This document shows positions 34,217-42,800 of a DNA stretch of 55,093 nucleotides, one piece after another. Every line of letters begins with the position of its first letter. The first letter of the stretch is position 1. The DNA lies in IMG/VR virus record IMGVR_UViG_3300045993_000169, positions 1-55,093 of that record; one strand, written 5' to 3'. Under the pieces are notes generated by a model, which saw only the letters and a list, made by a program, of their open reading frames with translations, had not been told where the DNA came from and made no database searches. Source of the stretch: a virus (Duplodnaviria; Caudoviricetes). The position numbers and the translations under genes were made by a program.

Positions 34217-34241
34217 ATTAGAGGGGGTGAATATGCTGCGA
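34217..34241 (-). promoter_or_regulatory. phage promoter motif
   Basis: TCGCAG-N13-TCTAATGAGA. Confidence 0.8.
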
Positions 34242-34245
34242 AGGC

Positions 34246-34278
34246 AAACCTTAAGCCCCGGTTAGGGGGCGTCAGGTT
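34246..34278 (-). terminator. cassette-type terminator
   Basis: + strand AAACCTTAAGCCCC..GGGGC..AGGTT. Confidence 0.65.
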
Positions 34279-34284
34279 AGTGGA

Positions 34285-34524
34285 CTACTTGTTAAGTCGG
34301 CGTTCTGTGAACTTCACGTTCAACCCGAAGAGAGTGCGCTCTTGGCGTCGGAGGACTTCGCGGTAGCCGTCGATGATGGACTTGAGGTGATGGGTCATAC
34401 CAGTGACATAGATGCTGTCTCTGATGTAAACCATCTTCTCGAGTTGGTCGGCGGAACTGCGAAGGCTCTCAACGACGCTGTTAAGCTCGTCTTTTTCTTC
34501 GGGTGTAAGGACGTAGGGGTTCAT
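34285..34524 (-). CDS. cassette gene, hypothetical protein
   Basis: GAAGGA RBS. Confidence 0.7.
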   Translation of the reverse strand: MNPYVLTPEEKDELNSVVESLRSSADQLEKMVYIRDSIYVTGMTHHLKSIIDGYREVLRRQERTLFGLNVKFTERRLNK

Positions 34525-34551
34525 GGGAATTCCTTCCTTGTAGGGGGTCTC

Positions 34552-34576
34552 ATTATAGGGAAGGAAAACCCTGCGA
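34552..34576 (-). promoter_or_regulatory. phage promoter motif
   Basis: TCGCAG-N13-TATAATGAGA. Confidence 0.8.
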
Positions 34577-34580
34577 AGGC

Positions 34581-34615
34581 AAACCTAAACAGCGTGAATA
34601 TGGTGCTGGTTAGGT
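34581..34615 (-). terminator. cassette-type terminator (GAATATGG-loop subtype)
   Basis: + strand AAACCTAAACAGCGTGAATATGGTGCTGGTTAGGT. Confidence 0.7.
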
Positions 34616-34621
34616 CTGAGA

Positions 34622-34801
34622 TCAGTGGCGGGGTCGGTGCCATCCTTTGTACGTTCTACTGATGCGGCGATAGCGATCGATGGTCGCAACCTGTTCGAGT
34701 TCGAAGTCGTCAAAGAACACCTTGTTGGCGTCAAATTCTGCTTCGTATCGAATACGTTGTGCGTCGTCAAGCTCTTTCGCTCGGCGTTCGTAGATGTCCA
34801 T
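34622..34801 (-). CDS. cassette gene, hypothetical protein
   Basis: GAAAGGA RBS before MDIYERR. Confidence 0.7.
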   Translation of the reverse strand: MDIYERRAKELDDAQRIRYEAEFDANKVFFDDFELEQVATIDRYRRISRTYKGWHRPRH

Positions 34802-34828
34802 GATGTTTCCTTTCGGTCGATGGGTCTC

Positions 34829-34853
34829 ATTAAAGGGCAGGTAAAACCTGCGA
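34829..34853 (-). promoter_or_regulatory. phage promoter motif
   Basis: TCGCAG-N13-TTTAATGAGA. Confidence 0.8.
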
Positions 34854-34935
34854 CTTCGACCCAAAAGTTCCTCCGCGGGATTTTTTGGATTGCAAATTTT
34901 GAGAGGCCTTGTAAAAGAAACGACCCACAAAAATA

Positions 34936-34972
34936 GAGGGCGCGCAAGAGTTTTTAGTTCTTACACGCCCTC
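34936..34972 (-). terminator. terminator hairpin
   Basis: GAGGGCG..AAGA/UCUU..CGCCCUC followed by UAUUUUU. Confidence 0.65.
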
Positions 34973-35006
34973 CACCTTCGAGGGCTGCCTGTAATAGGTC
35001 AGCGTG

Positions 35007-35294
35007 TCACTTAATGAATTTCATCAAGAAGGGGACGGCTTTGGTGGTCACGATGTTGGATCGTTCGAATATGGTAAACATCCCTCCGATGAACACATTA
35101 CCAATAACGATGAGTACAGTGTTGGGGTTCAGCTCCTCAGGCTTTTCTTCGGCTATGAGGTTGCTGAGCGTCTTGACTGCTTTCAGGGTTTCTTTGTAAT
35201 TGGTGTCATCGGGAGTGAGGTTTCTCAGATCCCAAACGAATTGGTCGCGAGCCTCCATAAGCTGAGTCTTCTCAGTTTTGGTCCAGAAGGACAT
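35007..35294 (-). CDS. cassette gene, membrane protein
   Basis: AAGGAG RBS; C-terminal TM and FE..V.TKA. Confidence 0.7.
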   Translation of the reverse strand: MSFWTKTEKTQLMEARDQFVWDLRNLTPDDTNYKETLKAVKTLSNLIAEEKPEELNPNTVLIVIGNVFIGGMFTIFERSNIVTTKAVPFLMKFIK

Positions 35295-35321
35295 GCTTAC
35301 TCCTTAATAGTAGGGGGTCTC

Positions 35322-35346
35322 ATTATAGGCGAGGTTTTACTCGCGA
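35322..35346 (-). promoter_or_regulatory. phage promoter motif
   Basis: TCGCGA-N13-TATAATGAGA. Confidence 0.8.
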
Positions 35347-35360
35347 CCCTACGCATAAGG

Positions 35361-35672
35361 CTACTTGTTGATGGTGAATATAACCTTGTCCTTCAAATCG
35401 AGGTCTGCCGGGTCAGACTCGAGGTTCAGAGAGAAGACCTTCGTTCCATCAGGGACCTGCGTGACATCGATGTTTCCATCGGCTGGAGCCTCAGCATTGG
35501 GCACCCAAAAGGCTGCCTGAAACGTCACAACCAGAGCGCCGAATATGGTGAGAAGCTCGGTCGAGGTAAATCCATCTGCAGAAGCGACGATTGCGGCCGT
35601 GATAGCAGCAGCAAGGCCAGCGACAAATGCCTTGGCGGATTTCGCGCTCAGCATAAGTTTGAAGTTGTTCAT
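35361..35672 (-). CDS. holin-like membrane protein
   Basis: two TMs (KAFVAGL.., ..WVPN), end of tail module. Confidence 0.6.
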   Translation of the reverse strand: MNNFKLMLSAKSAKAFVAGLAAAITAAIVASADGFTSTELLTIFGALVVTFQAAFWVPNAEAPADGNIDVTQVPDGTKVFSLNLESDPADLDLKDKVIFTINK

Positions 35673-35715
35673 TTTAGGCTCCTGTAGTCTATGTGAAGCA
35701 TGGTATGGCACGTTC

Positions 35716-36405
35716 TTAGCCCTTTGGTGCTAGGTCGATGATGGATATGAGGAATGTGATAACGCCTATGACAGCAAGCACGATTCCAATATATAAACCA
35801 GCAGCGCCACGGTTATCCGTGCGGTTTTCAAAACCCTGCGACCGTTGTTCCTTAACGGTGATTCCGGAGGCTATGATCGTGTTGACCTGAAGTTTCAATT
35901 CATCAACCTGCTTCGTCAAAGATTGCACTTCACTGAGCGACAGGTCACGGTTGGTTTTGATTGTCTCAGACGTTGCTGTCTCAGATTTGCTAATTGCCAG
36001 AGCATTCGACTCGTTCTGCGCAACGGCCTGTTTTTCTTGTGCAGCGAAGGCCGCGTCAACAGCCAGCTTGTTATCCCTCGCCTCACGCTCAGTACGAGTA
36101 TCACGTTCCTTGAACTGGAGTCCAACCGAGGAGAATCTCTCATCAGTTAAAGACCTTAGATGAGACACTTCTTCATTGATCTTATCTGGAAGGTTGTCTA
36201 TCACAATCATACGAAGAGCAGTTGCTTGCTCCATTGCATCCACTTTGACCGTAAACAGGTCCCGAAGACCCTTTAGTTCTCGATGCCGCTCGGCTTCGCG
36301 ACGTACAAGATCCTCTTTAATGACCTCTACTTCGCGAAGAATTGCTTGAGTTGTTAACGCAGTTGGATCTGATGCTCGGTTTCTAAACGCTTGTTCTTCT
36401 GGCAT
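35716..36405 (-). CDS. coiled-coil protein with C-terminal TM (lysis-module associated)
   Basis: AAGGAGG RBS before MPEEQ. Confidence 0.6.
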   Translation of the reverse strand: MPEEQAFRNRASDPTALTTQAILREVEVIKEDLVRREAERHRELKGLRDLFTVKVDAMEQATALRMIVIDNLPDKINEEVSHLRSLTDERFSSVGLQFKERDTRTEREARDNKLAVDAAFAAQEKQAVAQNESNALAISKSETATSETIKTNRDLSLSEVQSLTKQVDELKLQVNTIIASGITVKEQRSQGFENRTDNRGAAGLYIGIVLAVIGVITFLISIIDLAPKG

Positions 36406-36460
36406 CGGCGGCCTCCTTTTCTTGGCTTTGGGCACCCCTCCCATGAATTTAGACATATTC

Positions 36461-37447
36461 CTAACCAGTTTGTTTCCAAACACCAGCCGCCCTACTCCAT
36501 GGTTGCGCCAATTTCCACACACCTGCGACATTCACGTATGGTATGGCTTCTTTCCATACGCCATTGACAAGCACACGAGCGCCAGCAATAGTTCTTGCAG
36601 ATTTTACAACAGACCAAGGTCCTGTTCCAGTAGAACTGATTCCTCTAGCCCACCAGTAATATGTTGTTCCGGGTAGAAGCCCTGTAACGGTGCTTGTTCC
36701 ACTAGCCGTAATAATCGTAGCACCTGTTGTTGTATTTGCTGTATTTCGAGCGAGTTCCCACCGGGACCATGTGGTATAGACGCCCATGTCATTGCCTGAA
36801 AATTTGGCAATCATTGACGTCTGAGATATAGATGATAAAGTAACTTGAGATGGTGCTGCCGGTAGCTTTAGAGTCTTCATAGATCGTACAGAAGACCACG
36901 CGCCATACCCAACGGCATTCTGTCCACGCGCCCAGAAGTAGTAAACCGTTCCTGGGACTAGACCAGTAACAGAAAGCGTTCCATCAGAGGTAAATATGGA
37001 GGCACCACTGGTTGTGTTTACATTGTGACTAGCCAGTTGCCATTTGATAATCGTTGCTCCGCCATCACCATTACCACTAAACGTAGTGTAGACAGATGTC
37101 TGTGTAATGGACGAGAACGTAACTGGTACTGGCGGAGGAGGAACCGTATCACGATTGATAGCATGAGTAATAGTCGTTGGTCCACCAAGACCAGATGTGC
37201 CTGTGGCATTCAGCGTCAGACGTACTGTCTGGTTCGTACTAACATTCCCAGACTTAACCAGATACCAATCAGCGCCGGTGGGATAATCGAAACTACCACT
37301 AGACGTGCCATTTAAATACCAGCTAGCAGTTGCGCCATTAATCCAAGTCTGAGTGGACCCGGCCTTAACGTATAGGTAGACCATAGATCCAGTATCCCGG
37401 ATCATAAGAGAACCACCGTTGCCGGTTCCTGTAGTCCAATCAGTCAT
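36461..37447 (-). CDS. minor tail / adhesion protein with two fibronectin type III domains
   Basis: two GL.PGT.Y..WARG...G.G.WS repeats. Confidence 0.8.
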   Translation of the reverse strand: MTDWTTGTGNGGSLMIRDTGSMVYLYVKAGSTQTWINGATASWYLNGTSSGSFDYPTGADWYLVKSGNVSTNQTVRLTLNATGTSGLGGPTTITHAINRDTVPPPPVPVTFSSITQTSVYTTFSGNGDGGATIIKWQLASHNVNTTSGASIFTSDGTLSVTGLVPGTVYYFWARGQNAVGYGAWSSVRSMKTLKLPAAPSQVTLSSISQTSMIAKFSGNDMGVYTTWSRWELARNTANTTTGATIITASGTSTVTGLLPGTTYYWWARGISSTGTGPWSVVKSARTIAGARVLVNGVWKEAIPYVNVAGVWKLAQPWSRAAGVWKQTG

Positions 37448-37455
37448 GGCAACCC

Positions 37456-37692
37456 CTAAACAGTCTTGAAGTAGATATCGCCGTCATTACCACCAGTTGG
37501 GTTGGCAGTACCAGACGTAATGCCTGATGCCGAGCGATATGAGGCCTTTCCGACTGGAATAAGTGCCTTTGCTAAAGCGACTAGATCTCGCGTACGGTTG
37601 ATCTCTCGTCCGCCCCAACGAACACGACCCTCTTCTCCCGTATCGGGAACAAGAGGGAATGCCGCAGCGGCTGCAGCGTCTCCAACAGCCAT
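37456..37692 (-). CDS. small tail-associated protein
   Basis: GTANPTGGNDGDIY motif; AAGGAGG RBS. Confidence 0.7.
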   Translation of the reverse strand: MAVGDAAAAAAFPLVPDTGEEGRVRWGGREINRTRDLVALAKALIPVGKASYRSASGITSGTANPTGGNDGDIYFKTV

Positions 37693-37716
37693 GTTAAACC
37701 TCCTTCACTAAGTGGG

Positions 37717-39075
37717 TCATTCTTGTACCGCCCATGTCTCTTCTGGGTTGTTCTCGAGGTCGACCCAGAACTGGTTGTACTTCCATGCAATCCATGAACC
37801 AGGCTCGATGAACTGGTTGATAGCAAGAGTCGGGTAAGAACGATCGCCTTCTTTGTCTGATACAAAGATCTGCTCTGTGACCTGCATCTTGTTTGTTACA
37901 CCGTCAACATTACGCATCTCAACCATGTCGCCGAGATTGTAGTTCAAGCCATACTTGTAGTCACTGTTCTGATTGATCTCGCCATCAAACGCAGAATATC
38001 GACGACACTTGGCAAGCTCTTCCAGACCTCTGCGCCGCAACTGTGGTTCGACAGCAATCCTTTCGGCAGCAGCCATAGACAGATCAGCCGCTGCTTGAGC
38101 CACATTTGCTGCGGATCTAGCGTTTGTCGCAGCTAGTTTCTCACCCGCAGTTGATGTCGGTGTAATATTCGACTCGAGGTTGCTTGCTGTAGTCTGCTTT
38201 GCTTTTGCTGCTGTCTCCTCGACGGTATCAGGGACCACGACAGTAATATCAGTTGGCTTCACAAGAAGTACTCGTCGTTCGAAGCCTGCTGTGGTCGGAT
38301 CGACCTCCTCTGGATAGACGACAGCAAATCCCTGTTCGGTGAAGACATAGGCAACGTTCTTGTACATCTCCATCGTTGTCAACTCAGACGTGTTCTGCAG
38401 ATTGTCGAGATCTGGAGAGAAAACCACGGCAGGAAAAGTTGTCTGCGTGGTGGTCCGATTACTACCCGCGTAAATATCGAAACGCAATTGTGAGGTGTCG
38501 AAGTTTCGGTACAGACGGAAGCCTAGATCGTAGATGTCACAGAGATCCTTGATCACCTTGTATACCGTGTCTGGCTCGATCCAAACCGTGATCGCTTCCG
38601 ACGGCATAGGATTCGTGTCGGCTGGAAATATGGTGCCTTGGACATAGAAAGGTATCGGGTCAGCAGGGTCGAGATACTCAGTACCGTATGTTGTACACAT
38701 GGTCCTGAATATAGCCATGGTAATGGCGTAGACAGTTCCGGTGATACCCCACTTTGCCTCGACGCCTAGATCATTGAGATGTTTCTTGGCAACCCGATCC
38801 TCCATGATCATCTCCAAGGAACGTCCCTTTAGAGTGAGCATGTTTCGGCCCTCAGAATCAGTCTTGTCTTCGATAGTCTCGACTGTCATCACTCGATATG
38901 ACTCGTTGAGGGCCAGACGAGTTCCAGTGACAAACAATCGACGATTCTCTAGCGTTGAGTTGAGTACCAACTCGAAGTCTCCATAAGCTGAGAAACGCTC
39001 AGTCCAGATGATCGACTCAAACCTGTCTACGACCGTTTCGCGACGAAGCAGATTATCGAGTGTGTACACCTCCAT
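37717..39075 (-). CDS. minor tail protein (siphovirus Gp37-like baseplate hub)
   Basis: FES.IWTERF...GDFEL; Y.LGD.V; position after Dit. Confidence 0.8.
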   Translation of the reverse strand: MEVYTLDNLLRRETVVDRFESIIWTERFSAYGDFELVLNSTLENRRLFVTGTRLALNESYRVMTVETIEDKTDSEGRNMLTLKGRSLEMIMEDRVAKKHLNDLGVEAKWGITGTVYAITMAIFRTMCTTYGTEYLDPADPIPFYVQGTIFPADTNPMPSEAITVWIEPDTVYKVIKDLCDIYDLGFRLYRNFDTSQLRFDIYAGSNRTTTQTTFPAVVFSPDLDNLQNTSELTTMEMYKNVAYVFTEQGFAVVYPEEVDPTTAGFERRVLLVKPTDITVVVPDTVEETAAKAKQTTASNLESNITPTSTAGEKLAATNARSAANVAQAAADLSMAAAERIAVEPQLRRRGLEELAKCRRYSAFDGEINQNSDYKYGLNYNLGDMVEMRNVDGVTNKMQVTEQIFVSDKEGDRSYPTLAINQFIEPGSWIAWKYNQFWVDLENNPEETWAVQE

Positions 39076-39896
39076 TACAAGCCTCCATACCTTCTGTTAT
39101 ACGAAATGTTGAAAGGTATCGCAACGCCAGTGGCGTAGACCCGAAGATAATTATCACCGGGAGTGAGTGTGATCCAACTTGATTGCGGTGAGATGCCATA
39201 CAGAACTGAGCTCTGAGTACCAGAACGGGTACGCCATGCTCCTTTTATTCCTGGAACTGTATTGATAATCAATTGATCACCAGCAATGAGTGGTGCCGAG
39301 AAATCAAGTTGCTTAAGCAAACCGCCCGACGATCGTTGGTAGATCGTGAACTCTGAGATTGCCCGATCAGCATTCAGAATAAAGACGAGACCCGAATCAA
39401 CCGATCCTTCGTAGTCGATAAGGGTCTCGACCTCTGTTGCGACAGTCCCACTTGACAATAGGATCTGAGTGTTGTCGATGAAATCTGGATCGAAGCATAT
39501 GATCGAGATATCAACGGCAGGCTCCTTCGTGAAGAACGGAGTCTCAAACGTCTCCACTCTCCCCCGAATAACCACCGAAGAATTGTTTGAGTCACGAAAG
39601 GTGAGTATGACCTCACTCTTTGGCATGAAAAACGTATAGAGCCTTTGCCGGAGATCCTGTACTGAGTCCACAATATAGTCGGGCTCAAGGCCTAACCGAA
39701 ACTTGAGGTTCCGAGTCTCCCTCCGGCTGGAATGGTACTGTTCTCCATCCAGCCGGGCGAACGATGATGACACTAAGGTTGCCTTTACCGGGTCTAACCC
39801 CTCGATCTGTTCGAGGATAAGACCCGCAGACACGTCGTCGAGCGGAAGGATAAGCAGATCGCCCTGAGTTGTTCGAACTTCGACTTGGGTGAGCAT
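39075..39896 (-). CDS. distal tail protein (Dit)
   Basis: directly after tape measure; IEGLDP..L.PGDN. Confidence 0.8.
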   Translation of the reverse strand: MLTQVEVRTTQGDLLILPLDDVSAGLILEQIEGLDPVKATLVSSSFARLDGEQYHSSRRETRNLKFRLGLEPDYIVDSVQDLRQRLYTFFMPKSEVILTFRDSNNSSVVIRGRVETFETPFFTKEPAVDISIICFDPDFIDNTQILLSSGTVATEVETLIDYEGSVDSGLVFILNADRAISEFTIYQRSSGGLLKQLDFSAPLIAGDQLIINTVPGIKGAWRTRSGTQSSVLYGISPQSSWITLTPGDNYLRVYATGVAIPFNISYNRRYGGL

Positions 39897-42800
39897 TACG
39901 TTGCCAGAGCTCCTTTCGCTACGGACAGTTGGTTCTTGGTTTGACGATAAATCTCAGCAGAAGACAGAGCCTTCGGCGAGTTGTTGTTCTGGATGAAAGT
40001 CATCCCATCATTGGGTGTTGCTTGCGCTACTACCTGAGCAACAGCCGTCTTGTTACTCTGATATCCAGCAGAAGCGTCCTTAGCCGTCGAATATGTGGCT
40101 CCAACAGAGATCTGCTGTGCTGCCAAGAGGCTGCCAATCAGGCCAGCACCCTTCTGAACCTTTGACAGATCGATTATAGGTGTAATGACGGGCACAATAT
40201 CAATAGGACCACTCACCAGATCTGCCATACCCGAGATCGACTTACGCATTGTTTCGATGGCAACGCGACCAACATTCTCGGTCTCATCAGATACGAGATG
40301 CGAGAAGTCGGTCACACCATTAGCCATACCCTCATCCATGCCCATACCAAGCTCATGGAACTTCTTCGAGGGAGAGTTGATCTTAAGGAAGCTCTTAGCT
40401 GCCTCAAACGCTCGAGAGGCAACTCCCTTGGCAGCATCAACAACAACACCACCCATTGCTTTTAGTCCACTAGCCATGCCCTTGACCATCGCAATGCCAA
40501 GCCTTCCACCAGCTTCACCAATCGCAGCAGAATTCTTGTTAATTGCTGTGGTCAGTCCGTTGATGAACTTGATAATAAGGTTGGCACCAGCCTGAATGAT
40601 CTTTCCGAGGTTGTTTGCCACACCTCTGATGAAACTAGTAATGACATTGACGCCCGCCGTAACGATCCTTGGCAGTTGCTTGGCTAGAGCATTCAGGAAG
40701 TTCACAATGATATTGCCTGCTGCTGTGACAATCTTACCGATGTTTTTGGCGATACCGGTTAGGATACCCGTAACCAGTTTCATTCCTGCAGTAACCAAGC
40801 GAGGTATGGCTTTAACCAAAGTATCTACCAAGAGAAACAGCATTCTTACCAGTGTAGATATGATCACTGGTGTTAGTCTTGCAATCGCTGTAACAAGCGA
40901 TAGAAGAACAACAGTGATCGCGTTTGTAATCGCTGGACCACCAGTTGCAATCACCTTAGCGAATGCAATGATGCCTAGACCAATCTGTGTCAGGAGCATC
41001 GGAATAAGACCGATCAAACCACTGACAATACCGACAACCATGGCGGTTGCAGCCACTCCAGCCACACTGAGAATTGTCAAACCTGTCGCAAACAGCATCA
41101 AACCTGCTCCGGCAAACAGCATCCCAACTCCCAATAGGGTGACAGCAATGCCAAATCCGAGAAGTGTCGGAATAACCGGGGTAAGAAGCAGACCAGCAAT
41201 ACCAATCACAGCAAAGACCGCGGCGAGCATGAAAAGACCCTTGCCGATTGCTTCCCACTCCATGTTCCCCAGTGCTAGGAGAACTGGTGTAAGAACCGCA
41301 AGTGCACCCGCAATAACAATGAGTGCTAAAGCACCGGGTCCTGCCAATATCATCGCTGTCACGGCGATAGCAATGATGGCCAACGCACCAGCAAGCACGA
41401 TAAGAGCCTTGGCAATGTTCTCCCAAGGCATAGTTCCGAAAGTCATGAGGACTGGTGCAAGAATCTGTAGTGCAGCAGCAACAACGATCAACGCTGCGGC
41501 TCCAAATATAGCTGTGGTCATAGCGTTCATAGCCACGGCAATAATCAGAAGAGATCCAGCAAGGACGATCAAGCCCTTAGCGATTTCTTCCCAAGACATA
41601 CTGCCCATCTGCCCAAGAGCATCAGCAATCATGCCAAGAGACGCTGCGACAACGAGGACTGCAGCCGCCGAGAGAAGTGATGATGGTGGAATAAGCTTAA
41701 GCGCGATCGCCATGATGGCAAGACCACCAGCCATAGCAACTAAGCCACGACCAATCTCTTCCCAACTCAAAGCTGAGAGATCTGTTAAGGCACTCGCCAG
41801 AATCTTGATGCCAATCGCCATAAGCAGAATACCGGCGCCTTGCGCCATACCACCCTTGTCTGCTCCTGAGAATTTGGTGAAGAAAGTGAGTGCAGCGAGA
41901 ATAACACCAACTCCGATGAGTCCCTTAGCTAGTTCTTCCCAACTAAGAGCACCGAGATCAGTTACTGCACCTACAAGCAGTCGGATAGCAATAGCCATAA
42001 GAATAAGACCAGCAGCAGAGCGGATCATTCCCTTGGAGTTAGTTTCCATGCCCTTTGAGGCGAGCACTAATGCACCAAGCAAGACCACAACTCCAGTCAA
42101 ACCCTTTGCCAGTTCACCCCAACTCAACTTTGCCAACTTAGTGACGGCAATAGCCAGAATATCAATGGCAACAGCGAAGAGAATCATGGCCGCAGCAATG
42201 ACGGGCATCTGAACTGCACCCTTAAGCCCAGCAATCTTGCTGAATACAGACATCGCTGCCAAGAGTTGAACCATCATGACTGAGATTGCTGTAAGAGCTT
42301 TAGTGAGCTTAGCTGAATCAATCATGGACAAAGCCACAACAGACAATGTCAAGATCCCAATAGCAATGGCGATCTTCATCAACGTACCAGCCTTGAGGTT
42401 CTGCTGCATCGTCGTGAAAGTCTCAGTCAGACCACCAAATGCTTCTTTGATCGAACCCAGCACGCCACCGGTGAGATCAGTACTGACCTCAACGCCAAAC
42501 TTTCCGCCACCACCAAGGAACTTCTTGATCATGATGATAAGACCGGCAAGAAGACCAGTGTTAATGCTGTCAAGCACTGTTGCGTAGTCGATCTTACCGA
42601 AACTTTCTTGAATCGTCTTACCAACATTTGAGAAGAACGTAGAAAATGCAGTAGCAAGAGGAGCAAAGGTTACAGCCGCCGCAGCCATAAAGCCACCGAT
42701 ACTAGCCCAGACCTTCGCGATTCCCTCGCCGATCTTTCCTAGTGGCGACAGACGCTTTCCAAGAGCATCAATTCCACCACTGAATCCGCTGGTGTCGATA

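Noticed and set aside
28778-34218. MRP.. N-terminal extensions starting at the promoter ATG (28807, 32663, 34218)
   Set aside because: In frame only in some cassettes because leaders are about 30 nt; others are out of frame or hit a stop, and each gene has a good RBS at the downstream ATG
32414-35346. Integron attC array
   Set aside because: No tyrosine recombinase or GTTRRRY/RYYYAAC box structure, and each cassette has its own promoter
40596-42212. 538-aa + strand ORF, also 49750..50841 and other + strand ORFs
   Set aside because: Antisense shadows of tape measure, capsid and other genes, with no recognisable motifs
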